This document shows positions 24,796-37,343 of a DNA stretch of 64,000 bases, piece by piece (the first letter of the stretch is position 1; each line of letters starts with the position of its first letter). Under the pieces are notes generated by a model. It did no database searches. It saw only the letters and a program-made list of their open reading frames with translations, and was not told where the DNA came from. The DNA lies in NCBI GenBank assembly GCA_043228905.1, contig JBHGNT010000010.1, positions 868,001-932,000 of the forward strand, given 5' to 3'. The translations under genes were made by a program, and so were the position numbers. The stretch is from Azolla caroliniana (lineage: Eukaryota; Plantae; Polypodiophyta).

Positions 24796-25664
24796 GCTGA
24801 AAATTGACTAGAGCTGTTCTATTCAGTGCTTATTCAGATATAAATCTAGTCTTGGGTAATCTTCTTTCAAGGTTCCTTAACAAATATTTTTTTGTGTATA
24901 TTTGCTGTAGCATGCCATGGAGATAAATACAGTTTTTCGCTTTAAATTTGCTATTTATTTTTTTCCAAAAAAAAACCTCCTTCACATTAGTTAGCAACCA
25001 ATTTTAGTATTACATGGTTAATGGTGATACTTCTTTCAAGGAGCTCCATCTTTCCCAAAAGTTATATATGCTTTCTATTACTGTGAATGGTTGATTGCTT
25101 ACCTTTGTAAAACATAATGCATATTTCATGCAAATACGGATTAGAAAATTTATGATTTATTTTGCCAAGAAACAAAGTGATTCCCATTTGTTATTAAGTG
25201 TACACCTATCTTGCACTATTGGCCGAATAAAATAAAAACAACTTAGTAGGAATTACATTCAACCCCTATCCATTCAAGGTTAGCATTATGAGATTATCCA
25301 GATATTTAAATTCAAGCTATTTATTTATGGTTAGGTGTAGATATATAATAGTATTAATTAAGTAATGTTTTTAAATTCTGCACTTTATTTATCATGTTTG
25401 CCATGCATATATTACTCGTTACCGTATTTATTTTACTGTCAGGTAAAGGAGGTAATATATTGATGAATGTACATATAATAAATGTATTCGGTAAGCACAG
25501 CAATGCTTGAGACTGTGCTACAAAAGTTATGAAGACAAACTTTAAAATTTTAGAATATCTACCAGCCTTCCAAGTATAAATTAATAGAGTTGGTTGTTGA
25601 AAAGATCATGAAAATGTCGTATCACCTGGCAAACAATCAACATTGGTGGGCTCTCCCATAGGCG

Positions 25665-25820
25665 CGTTAGTTGACTATGGCCAATTCATGTTTGAAGACC
25701 AATTTATATAAAGACTGAAGTGAGAGCTAAGCTCGCATTAGTTGACTATGTCCAAATCATGTCTGAAGACCAATTTATATAAAGAAGATATATAAAGACT
25801 GTAGTCAGAGCTAAGCTCAC
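25665..25820 (+). promoter_or_regulatory. Duplicated ~70-bp core-promoter segment with three TATATAAAG boxes upstream of the dirigent-like gene
   Basis: TTAGTTGACTATG..CA..TCATGT.TGAAGACCAATTTATATAAAGA...AGAGCTAAGCTC occurs twice, with an extra TATATAAAGA. Each unit also has a W-box core TTGACT. Confidence 0.55.
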
Positions 25821-25884
25821 ATACGATTTTTAGAAGAGTACAATATTTTTCCCAAACTTAATATTGCTTGATAATATATTCATA

Positions 25885-26703
25885 ATGAGCGTTCAAAGCA
25901 GCTGGACTAATTTGTTTGATGACCATCTTATGATGATGGTAATAGTGGGCATGTTTTTTATGTTGAAATGTATAGCTTGTTCTAGTGATACATTACTTCA
26001 TGATATTAACATTAATTATGTGGATCTATTAATTGAAGAAGGGGTCACTTACAATTCTTTGAACCCTAATATTTGTTCCTTCTCTTTTGGGCTTGAGTTA
26101 GATCATACCAAAATACATCATGAAAACAGTGATAAATTGGGGAATTCTCGAGTCTTCTCAAATCAAGATTTAGTAATGAATATGCTAATCTCTTCTTCAA
26201 GCTTTGAGGATAATGATAACCAATCAATAGTAGTGGGCACTGCTAGTGGTGTGTATCTCTATAGAGACGTTAATTATGATTCTTCTAACATAACCTCATT
26301 AGTTGAATCTCTTGGTTTCCTATATCTCACAGCCAAGCTCTTTAGTCCTAATCATGAGAACGTTCGTAGATACCATATTGCCAACCGATATTCTCACCAT
26401 TGTTATTGCAGTGACCATGTTATTGATAAAATGGCCAACGGAAATAAAATAGATGGGCATTCTGATGTTGATAACAGCATGTGGATGTCACCATGCAAGA
26501 GTGTCGGCTCTCTCATACTCGTTGGTAGTGTACCTTCCGGTGCAGTTGTTGTTGTAAGTGGCACAGGCGACTTTGTCTCTGCTACTGGTCAAGCCTTTGT
26601 CACCCTTCTTCCTTCCACAAATCCCCACCTCAGCCTCACCATTAAATTTGATGTGGAACTTCAGTTTGGCGAGGACAGATCTAAGTCTACTAACTATTTT
26701 TGA
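25885..26703 (+). CDS. Intronless dirigent-like (DIR/AOC-fold) secreted protein, divergent
   Basis: ATG at 25885 and an N-terminal hydrophobic signal (LMMMVIVGMFFMLKCIAC). Dirigent motifs in order: LGNSRVF, SIVVGTASGVY, GSLILVG, VVVSGTGDFVSATGQA. Confidence 0.75.
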   Translation: MSVQSSWTNLFDDHLMMMVIVGMFFMLKCIACSSDTLLHDININYVDLLIEEGVTYNSLNPNICSFSFGLELDHTKIHHENSDKLGNSRVFSNQDLVMNMLISSSSFEDNDNQSIVVGTASGVYLYRDVNYDSSNITSLVESLGFLYLTAKLFSPNHENVRRYHIANRYSHHCYCSDHVIDKMANGNKIDGHSDVDNSMWMSPCKSVGSLILVGSVPSGAVVVVSGTGDFVSATGQAFVTLLPSTNPHLSLTIKFDVELQFGEDRSKSTNYF

Positions 26704-26916
26704 GGTCCGAGGACAGATCTAAGTTCCAACATAATGTATCACTTGTTGTGCTAACACCTTATTTCCTCATGGTATTAACAATAAGCAACTAGTTAAGCTT
26801 AAGTAGTGAGCTGTGAATGCATGAGCAATCATGCACTTGACCGCTACATATAGTCACCACTTACAAGCCAGTGTTATGAATATAGTTTGGGATTGTTAAT
26901 AGGGATGTATACAGAA

Positions 26917-26947
<31 letters not shown>
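26917..26947. repeat. (GT)n(AT)n microsatellite
   Basis: Direct reading. Confidence 0.9.
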
Positions 26948-27835
26948 ATTACCTACCACATTTACATCAATGGTCTTTGATACAGTTCTCTCTTCATAAT
27001 TGAAGCACAGTGTGGTTCACGATGCTCTTTTGATTAATATTATTTCGCTACATAATTGGTCACAATTTTTCAGATGAATGGTCTTTGATACAGTTCTCTC
27101 TTCGTAATTGGAGCATTGTCTGATTCAAAATGTTCTTATGATTACTGTAATATAATTGTCTACATAATTGATCACGATTATAGTAACTTTTTATCAGAAT
27201 CACCAGAAATGCTTACAATCCTTATCCCTCACAGTTTGACAACAATAAATGAGTATTGGTATGTGTATTTTTTGCAGTCCCGACCTCATTCCAAATATAC
27301 TAATGTTCACATGAATAGATTTCTTTACATTTCATCAGCATATCACAATTTTCCACCTTTTGCGAGCCAAATTGTACTGAATAAGATGGAACAAAAATAC
27401 AGAAATGCCTTACGAGTCTGGAATATACTTCAGGATTCTGTTATATACCTTGCCTATCCAATATGCTGCTTTAACCTCGAAATCTTCCATGCCATCAGAG
27501 GAACCATGCCCCTACTCTCTAGTGTGGGTAAACAAATTTAAATTGGCATTATGGTTCTAGAGAAAAGTCTAATTCCTTGCATATGGAATTATTAAAATGA
27601 CCTCTAGATTACCTAAAACAAGAATTATGCCCCAAAACAGTCTAAAAAATCTACATTGTAAATATAACAAAAAAACAGCCCTCATTAAAATATCTTCTCT
27701 TCTTAAGAAAACACACTAAGTGCAAATTCACAATCAAGCAGCAGCTATCGACAAGAAATATGCCCAGAGGAATCTTTCGAACATTACATTAGAAGAATAT
27801 TTGGATATTTGGATAAGAGGAATCTTCACATTACT

Positions 27836-29643
27836 TCAAATCGAGTCATGCACAACTTTACATGATGGCTTCTCCCTCCAATCAGGTAGCATAGAGATCC
27901 CAGTGCTGGATAAACCCTCCACAATTAGTTCTTTCTGAAAGATATCCTCAAACTCTTTAGTCACCGATGCACAACTCAAACATGACCTCATTTCACTTGT
28001 CAATATGCTCGACGATTCAGCATAGGCACTTTGATTCCTGGATATATTTACATCATCATCTCCAGTACTTGCATCTTGCTCATCATGGATATTTATGTCA
28101 TCTTGATAAATTTGTCTTGTTGAAGTGCCATGCTCCAGATCCTCAGGTGGTTGTACCTTATCAAACTTCAGCCCCTTGATGTGCATTGTGCCAATATTAA
28201 CTGCATTTCATTAGAGAACAATGAACGATCTCAATTGCCTGAACATATGCCTGGTTTAATCCGAGAAAATAAGAATAAAACATCAAATACCCCAAAACAA
28301 TGGAGTATTATATGTTCAATGTACCATGCAACTTTACCTTAGCTACTAAAATAATAGATGGTAACATGAATGTAAAAGAAAACTCCAACCTACTGCACCC
28401 CGGTCAGCAATAGAGGGCAGGTACTTCTTTATATGTTGTTCTGCATCTTCATCTGCTTTCAAAATCTCACATTCAAATTTTATGCTCGGCACAGAAGCAT
28501 TTTTTGCCTTCCCACCATGAATTGCCTCCATAATTTCTTCTTCCCAACTACTCACCAATGACATCAAATATGACTTTAATGGATCATCTCATGCAAAAAG
28601 AAAAATTGTATCAAAGAAATCATAATGTGCTAAAGCACATGTGAAATCAGTGTCTTCAATGGCATTTGTGCCTCATGGCACAATATGCATATAAATTGTC
28701 GGAATACATGTACGTACTTGTTGCAATATTCACAAAGAATCAAAAAATCAAATCAATTTTCTAGAGGATCCATCAGTAGTCAAACTTATTAGATATTCAT
28801 AGTTGCAAAGCATTGCGATTAGGTTTAAATGTCCTCTTCAAAGATGCTCCCCATAAACTTGATCAAGCAAAATTATCGAATGCAGTCACAATCTAGTCTA
28901 TTCAAAACCTTTGACCTAAATGGACCAACATGATGTCTGTTGGTAGAAATGGTGATTTGCAACCTAACTGTAGCAAAAAAAGAACCTGGTGATTCTTTGA
29001 GGTATTATTTTATAAATTCATCACATTTTACATACCCATGAATATCAGTTGCATTTTGGAACCTCGCAGCATCATGTCCATGTGATTCTACAATGATCTG
29101 GACCTCCTTCTTGCTCTAAAAGTATAAATACACATCATGTCTCATTAATAAATTGCAAGCAAGAGCGCGGATGAAAGCAAAAAAAGCATCAGATCGAGCA
29201 AAAACTGGAAATACAGCAAAGCAACAAAGAAACCATCAAAGATGTAAGAAATAATGAATCAAAACACTAATAATAATGAGTTCAGCACGAACAAATATCA
29301 ATAAACATATATTTTACATTGTAATCAATGACGGAGAGATTAATAAGTTTGTAATCTTCTCCACGGCTACACTCTCTCACACAAGAAATCTCTGCACAAA
29401 TCAGCGAACCATGAATTTCTTTGCCTCAGCGTTTTAGAAACAAATCTTGCATATATTTAGGAACATGGAAGAAACCACGTGATCAAGTACAGAAAGAGAC
29501 AGAGAGAGAGAATACGCACGAGTTCCAAAGAGACCAAAGCACTGAGATGTCTGAGCATCGACGAAGTGACCTGAGAGGGACCCTGAAGGAAGAATGGCTA
29601 TGGAGGCGATCCCTCTCTTCTCCATCTCCATCTCCATCTCCAT
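27836..29643 (-). CDS. Conserved plant protein of unknown function, 5 exons
   Basis: Exons 29643-29520, 29391-29318, 29115-29036, 28547-28390 and 28200-27836, all GT-AG and in frame: MEMEMEMEKRGIASIAILPSGSLSGHF...FGTQISCVRECSRGEDYKLINLSVIDYNSKKEVQIIVESHGHDAARFQNATDIHGWEEEI...FECEILKADEDAEQHIKKYLP...AVVNIGTMHIKGL. This matches a recalled uncharacterised land-plant family (ERECSRGEDYRLIKL, GHDAAR, FECETLKAD). Confidence 0.88.
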
Positions 29644-31262
29644 CTCCTTAATGTTAATTTTGAGGGTTTAAGAGCAAGAGGGGTTTAACGGTTTGAGGCG
29701 AGACTCATATGTACTTCGTTCTGTTCGGTGTGGACAGTAAATACCATACCATATTTCAAGCTCAGTATGTCAATTCAATTCATCAATCCATACATTGCTT
29801 TGCATAACATAAATGCCAAGATTTTCCGGTCGCCCACTCGCCTCCGTTCGTGATATCTAATCTATTTGTGATGTAATCTGTGAGCTCAACAACTCATGGT
29901 TCATCGTGTTCACGATACATTCCTTTCCTTTTTTGAGAAGGGATGGTTGAAGACCCCTCATGAGAAGAAGGGTCATTCATTTGACAAGGAGGTAATGAAA
30001 TATGAGCTCATTGAGAAAAAAACTTGGAAAATGGCTTTCGTACTAGCTATCTTAGAATGATGATTAATCATTATCCCAAAATTATCTGAGAGTTTCTCCT
30101 ATTGCTCGTCGAACTACAAACATTACCTCTTGGATAAAAATACCATTATGATTCCTTTTCTTATGTCCTACTATAATTTTTGTAACAAGAAGAACTAGCC
30201 CACCCTTGTTATTAACTAACACATTCTTGTTACTACAATAAATCTTCTCTTCTCCAAGAACCAACAAACACGCAAACATGCCTAAACACACTTACATCTG
30301 AAATATCTTTATAACTATGTATGTACCACCACCATTCCCCACAAATGATCAAAATTTTGTGCCTAAACACACTTCGGGATATCTACATCTGAAAGATCTT
30401 AATACCTACCTTTCCCCACAAATGATCAAATTTTCGTGGAACTCACTTTTTAGGTCTTTAGTAAGCAAGAACATTCTGTTTTCTAGGATTATTCCAACAT
30501 TGTGAGAAAATAACAAGAAAAGCAAACATTTGTTTGTCCAAGAATACATACATATATACACTGGGAGTAAACTTCATGACATTCAGTGACATCGCCAGCC
30601 ATGTTCATTGTCACCAAAAGGGATTATCATACAATTTTTAGAATGGATAATCACTCGTTAAGAGCATTAAGTAAAAATAAATTTCCATTTATATTACTTA
30701 TTAACTGTTATAATATGCTCATTACGCAATTCCAATAATCTAACATTGTGTGGATATCCAAACTTGACCAGCAAGATATGACAAAGTTAAAGAAAATATC
30801 CCAATTTGGTGTGAATTCAATCTTAGAAGGGATGCAAAGAAATTGAACCATACTCCAACTGGAATATGCGAATCGAATCTTAGGGACACAAACTCAACCA
30901 TTTCACGACCAAAATATGAAAATTATCCTTCTAATAAAGGTGCAATACTCTGGTTTCTTTAATCTCTTCATGTTCAAGAACTTATTTTCTTCACTCATGC
31001 GGGTGTGCAATGGACCTGCTAGTGCTTATAGGAGGAGCCTTTACACTATCCATTCTTACCTTGGCATGGATGGTATGAGGCTCACTGTAAAGTGATCAAA
31101 AAGGAGACACGATTGATGTAACCAAGCATTCTGCTTCTCTCCTTCAAATTATCTTATACAAGGATGGCATAGTGCTGATCATTTTCTTTCAAATGAATCT
31201 TTGTATTTACAGTTATAATAGAGTGTGGTACATCAAATGGCATTTGTCACTTCATATGCCAC

Positions 31263-33954
31263 TTAAATGTCACCGAGTGCAAGAGGCTTGACAACATTCT
31301 GAAGGAAATGAGGTCCATCTGCATTTATTCTCCTCTCAAGTGCATTATAATTCTCGAGCAACTCATTCAATCTGTTCTTCACCTCATCCACCTCCACCTT
31401 AATAGCATGCGCTGAGGGTACAAGACTAGATCTAAATGAGTTCATCCAGGAAAAAAGCATGCTGTCTTATGAAAATAATGACAAAAAGGAATTGCATACC
31501 GCTTTCTAGATCACTGGAGCTGTCTTTTATCATAGAGAGGCTAGAATTGAATCGCTGCAAAAGCTTTAGTGCTAATGCTTCCATAATATCCATCTTGTCA
31601 TTCAGATCTTCCTGAAAAAAAACAGTAATAGAACTAGTGAACAAAAATATTACTAGAGCAAATGCACATATTGCCGGTTATAAATCAAACAATCTATATG
31701 TCCCATGAGCTATGAAGGTCATTGAGGTCAGAAAACAAATTATAGATTGTCATATAATCAAAATATATATATAAAGCCAATATACCTGATGTTTTTTTAT
31801 TTTATTAGAGGTTACCCGTTGCCACTCCTGATATAAAGTGAGCAATGATGCTGTTGATGTTGGGTCCAATGACCCTATAATGGAGGAACAATAACTTCAT
31901 TCATGACATCAAACCATGAGAAATTCAAGGAATCATTTACAAGATACTATTTTCCAGATGAAGTGAAAAAACATGAATATACCATGTTCACTTCCATAAG
32001 CATGTCTCAACAAAACGTCCTTCAGACCAACTTCAGCAGGAGGCGATTTAAAAAGGGGGGTTACCTAAAATTTTCAAGAAATTAGAAATACGCCACCTTT
32101 AGGCCAAACAGAAATAATAATAATAATAAGCACTACCTCACAAAAATTCATTTATGAATCCAATGACAGCTCATGCAACTTCTCCAATTATATGGATGTG
32201 GCACGGGTCAATAAACACCTAATTCTGATGTAAAATATCCTGATCCACTAACCACACTGTTCACTAAAACCTAACACCCCAAGAATATGATGGTAATGCT
32301 AAAGTGCTCAATAAGAAATTGAAGAATTTAATCATAGAAGTCTTGGCCTTCATCTAAGCACTCCTGAGCAGTGAAATTCATCTGCATCATTCTATGGTTT
32401 CTTTCCTCCCCTGCACTGTTTGCCTCCATCAAAAGACACTACTTCAAATATTGACCTCTTAAAGCTTATATACATAAGAATGAAGAACCTAGGTAGCAAT
32501 AATGCCTGATGATGGTGCTCAAACAGATGAGAGATCTCCAAAGTACCAATAAGGAAGTCCTCTATTTGTTGATTTTTTCCATAGCATGAGAAACTTAATC
32601 TCTGCTGAACACATGCTCCGCAAAGGGATATAACCACCAACGACAATAGATGATTTTTCAGTACGCCAGTGACTCGGTTATAAAACTTTTTAATTAGGGA
32701 CCACATTCATTTCTTGTTTATGTATAAAGACTTGCAAGATTGTTCGTTTTCCACCTACATCCATTTATGGGGCAAGAACACTACACCTACACAGCTGCAT
32801 AGTTGCTCAGTTTTGGGACTTCCAGAAAATGCCATTTACGTCTCTCTTCACTCCAATTGCCCTATCTCTTCCTGATAATAAAATACTCGATGGGAAGGCT
32901 AAACATACAAATCCATTTGTTGACATAGGGGATTCTCTGGTACGTGTCATGGAAAAACAGATAATATTGCTATACAACAACTTACCGAGAGAAATAAAAG
33001 TAATGAAGTTAGCATGATCCCTTAAAGGCACAAAAAGCGTGGGTGGCAAGATGAGCTCGCACCAGCGTGAGCATTGGCAAAGGTCTAGAAATACATAAAA
33101 CACGGAAATGGGCAGCATATCATCGTCAAGTGGCTGTCATAGAAAGAACGAGAAACATCTAATCACAAAGACTGATTTCAATACCCTGTAAAAGTGCACA
33201 CAAACATTGTACCCGATACATAACGTCACCCAATCTCTGACGAGCTACCATATGCTGAAAGATCACTCTCACGAATCAAGATCATCCATAATGTATGGAT
33301 TCTCGTTGAACTATCATGTTGACACGAAAGTAGCTAACTACAATATGCTAAACCGTTGACTGATCAACTTCATCCATAGTGCAAAGATTCACACTGAGCC
33401 AATGTTTCCTTTGAACTATTAACTTGTGAATTCAGAGTTCGCATTACCTCTAGCCAGCTGCAACATGATCAAATGAACTCTTTTTCGACTCTTATCATAT
33501 ATGACGATCCATATTACACATATGGAAAACTTATTCAGAATGGAAACAAGCCTTTATCAACACATTTACAAATTGCATATACGGATATGGAATTGAAATT
33601 AGAATAATGTACCTTTTTCTTAAAAGAGAACTCAAAATAATAAGATCAAAAATACAAATAAAAGTTGGTAATGAATGTAAAAGGAAGTGAAAAGGTGAGC
33701 TTACGATTTCAAGCCCTTGTAGACTCTGAAGAAGTGGGTCGATCTCGGTAGTTTTTCTGCTTATAGTAGTGATTCCGTCTACAGATCCCTGGAAGAGGGA
33801 AACACGCAAAGAGAACAGAACAGAAGAAGAAAGTTACAGGTTTTCGGAAGAGAAGGATTTCGATTCTCTGGAACAAACAGAATTGAAAAGCAAAACAGGA
33901 CGACAAGTGACATACCGACTGCTCAGAAGCGAGCTTGGACTCGGCGATTCCCAT
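31263..33954 (-). CDS. BLOC-1-related complex subunit 5 (BORCS5/myrlysin)-like protein, 6 exons
   Basis: Exons 33954-33916, 33788-33705, 32064-31983, 31874-31786, 31611-31500 and 31411-31263 splice to MGIAESKLASEQSGSVDGITTISRKTTEIDPLLQSLQGLEIVTPLFKSPPAE...GSLDP...LYQEWQ...QEDLNDKMDIMEALALKLLQRFNSSLS...HAIKVEVDEVKNRLNELLENYNALERRINADGP. MGxxxS myristoylation motif and C-terminal coiled coil. Family name is from recall. Confidence 0.8.
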
Positions 33955-34648
33955 CAGGAAGAACCAGAAGAAGAAGAAGAGAAGAAGAAGAAGAAGAAGA
34001 AGAAGGGGATTCTGAAGTTTCAGAAATCGGCCCTGTTCTTTCCGTAATTTATAAAACTGGGTCCACACGGGATTACATATACATACATACATACATACAT
34101 ACATAATTACACTTTACGAGCTTTGTTGCAGGTTTCTATAATTCCCGAAATGCCCTTCCCTACCCATCTCTATAGACTATAACTTCTCCCCCATTCCAGA
34201 GGATTGAATGGAGAAGAACCAATACTATCGATATATTATGTCCAAGTATTGCTATCATAATAAGGAGTGTGTCCCTAAAAACTTGCTTAGACTACTAAAT
34301 TTAGCTTGCACTTTACTTATAATTAGCATATTATGTAACATTACTATTACATGTAGGAAACCCCACGAACAAGGGATACGAGACAGAGAACTAGAGCTTC
34401 TAGAGCTTTCGTTTCGTTGTCATGGTCGTCGAGTATCGTGTTTGTCATGGATTGGGTTTAGGGTTTAGGCAGGGTCAAAACACAATAGCCTCCTATTGTA
34501 TGTGGTTGCCAACTGAGGGATACAATAGACTTGGTGGTTGGCAGTTGATAAAGGCCGAAAATGTATTGTTGGTGCAAGATGTGGCTATGACACGGGTTAA
34601 TTGGATATTATTAGATATGGAATATTGCATTGCTTACAAGTAGTCGGC

Positions 34649-34778
34649 AACACTTTAAACACATAGTTAAATTGCACAACATTAAATTTAAGCCAAACAT
34701 AGATCAAGTGAGAACACTTTAAACGCGTAGTTAAATTGCACAGCATTAAATTTAAGTCGAGTATAGATCAAGTGAGAA
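34649..34778. repeat. 65-bp tandem duplication
   Basis: AACACTTTAAAC.C.TAGTTAAATTGCACA.CATTAAATTTAAG...ATAGATCAAGTGAG occurs twice. Confidence 0.9.
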
Positions 34779-35348
34779 ATAGTTAAATTAATAATAAAGA
34801 ATACAATTGTGTAGTTGTGCTTGGAGGTAATAATGGTCGATTAATAGCACGGCTCTATCAATGGTTGATGCAATAGGATTGAGGCTCTATCCTTGGAAAA
34901 TGTCATTTATGGATTCTTCGAGATGTAATGGTTGGATAATTATGAACTATCACGATATATTGTCAACTTGTTCTCCCCTTATAGAGAGGTAGTTCGTATT
35001 GGTTGTGTTACTTGCACGTACGGTGTCAAAGCCTGACCAATCACATAAGTACATGCATGAATATCATTAAGCAGTAAACTTCAACGACTACAAATTACCT
35101 TAATGCTCAAAGTTTATTAATCATAGTTTGTTGCTCCTAAGCCCTTTATCATTAGAAGCACTTGATCATACATGACATTAAGTTTAATTATTGCAACCTG
35201 TTACCCGTATGAGATGTACGAGGATGGATAAGGGTGAGAGACAACTACCCTACTTGTCTCTTTGTAACGGTCACCTCATGTACCTATATAAACCCCACCC
35301 ATGGGGCATGAATAAAAGTAAGAAAAATAGAAGAAGTTTCCCTCTCAA

Positions 35349-35352
<4 letters not shown>

Positions 35353-35399
<47 letters not shown>
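35353..35399. repeat. (CT)n microsatellite
   Basis: Direct reading. Confidence 0.95.
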
Positions 35400-35402
<3 letters not shown>

Positions 35403-36359
35403 CTATGTTTCTCTCTCCTCCTCTCTCCCTTGTGCTCAACCCTCCTTGGGAGGGGGGTGGAGCCGTTCTTGGCTCCACCCCCCAGCCATACACACAACCT
35501 ACCAGATCACCATCTCCATGGCATGATTATGGGACAATGGTATAGTCATAGATGGACCCAAAAAGAAAAAGCATAAAGTTGCGGTCGTCCATGGTCTCTA
35601 TTAGTTGGAGAGTGTACTCAAAGGCGATGGTTCCAGGGTCTAGTCGACAAGTTGAAGTTGATCAATGACGATTACACGTCTCATTGTTGGTGGAACCACA
35701 CCATTGAGGGGTGTGTTTGACTATTAGGCCTCTTCATGGTCGACATTGAGAACGATGGTGGTGCACACACAACAAGTTGTGGTTAGGTAGGTACAACTTC
35801 TGAGGTGTGGTTAGGTGGGTGCAATTTTGAGTTGTGGTAGTGCAATTGTCGGGTTGTGGTGGAGGTGACATTAGGGCATAATAGAGTGCTCAAATCATCT
35901 AGATGCACATTTAGAAAGAGTGGTCAACCATGTCTTTCTCCCAATGAAACCGATTAACACTCATTTTTGGTCTAGCTTATCTTCTTGCACCTAAGTCACT
36001 TAAACGATCTCTACTTGTACCAATAATTGCAATAGATGTTCATCGAGTGGTTGGATTGTGTTAGTTGGTCAGCATACAATTTAGTCACATTACAGGTCGT
36101 TCCACCTTGAATAGTGGCCATCAATTCTTGGGTAGTAAGCAGGATGACCATAAATTTATAAAGATGTTTAAGCTTTGGCATGACGGATTCACCTTTACTA
36201 AGAGGCCTCTCCCCCCTATTCATATCCTACGAGAGAGGCCTCAACATCGAGTGCGAGGATTGTGAAGTACTTACCTCTGATGTTATGGTTAGGGAAAAAA
36301 TGAAGGCTCATTGTATATGTACATGTGTGTGCGTATAGATATATATATATATATATATT

Positions 36360-37310
36360 AACGTCTTCTAAGGCCAAAATTGGCCCATGAGACAATTAGT
36401 TTACAACAAAAATGGGGTATTTACCCATTCATCGAAAGAAAAAATAAAAACAAAATAAATTAGAATAGAGCTTAAGTGAAATGGTTCTAGTAAAAAAAAC
36501 ATGTTCTATAAGGAAATGGCTTTATACTAGGCCTAGTTTCATTTCCATCCAAAGGGTTTCGATGTGGATGTGGCCTGTGGTCCCAATGTAAGAGGTACCC
36601 CAACCATAGCTTCTAGGCGGCGTAGCTCACGTTCCCTTATCTTCTTAATCATTTCTATTCCGCGTCGAGTTGCTTTGAAGCCCAACATCCGAGGGCATTT
36701 GGTTGTTCTTTGCATTCCCGCTTCATCAAGAGAGAGGTCGAGTGGCATAGGTGTATCCACATTTATTGTCTCCCCTTGTTCCTGAAAAATTACATTAGTT
36801 TCATATCGGTGGATATTAAAAGGGTTATCGTTAACACTTTGTAATTTATTCTCCCTATGTTGTTTTAGCTCTAAGATATACCTACCTAGTCTCTTTATAT
36901 CCGAGGTATCTAATAGCTTGGAGAGGGTGCGAGAGGGTCCTAGTATGTCTTGGTATTTCGCCCTTATCTCGGCATAAGTTGGACACTTACATGTAAAGTG
37001 ATGCTCATCCTCTATCTCTATGTGACATAACCTACATAGCCTTTCCTCTCTAGGGACTCTATTATCACGACCATTCTCAATCTCAAGTTGGTGAGATGAT
37101 ATCCTAAGTTGTCCAATGGCTACCCTTAGTGCATTTGATAAGAATGTATCTATATATTTTGGTTGTGTAATAAAACCTAACTTAGAGAAGTGCAAGAAGT
37201 GTTCCTTATAGTACAACATTTTCAATGGGAGTGGCTCTCGTGGGGTGATCCATTTATATCAGGTGTAAATTTCCCATATTTCTTGGCATATTACTTTGTT
37301 GTGGTCTTCA
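36360..37310 (-). mobile_element. 5'-truncated LINE (3' end of ORF2 with zinc knuckle), bounded by (TA)n and (GA)n microsatellites
   Basis: ORF 36539-37225 contains IGQLRISSHQLEIENGR...REERLCRLCHIEIEDEHHFTCKCPTYAEIR, a CxxC..E..H...C C-terminal LINE motif. The 3' end CATGGGCCAATTTTGGCC...GACGTTAA runs into (TA)n at 36340-36358; (GA)n lies at 37312-37339. Confidence 0.85.

Positions 37311-37343
<33 letters not shown>

Noticed and set aside
33769-34047. 92-aa charged ORF on + strand
   Set aside because: Antisense to the BORCS5-like exons, pyrimidine-rich intron and (TTC)n 5'UTR
35550-36300. Possible copia integrase-region relic (KLDQK*VLIGF on minus strand)
   Set aside because: Single weak motif, insufficient to annotate
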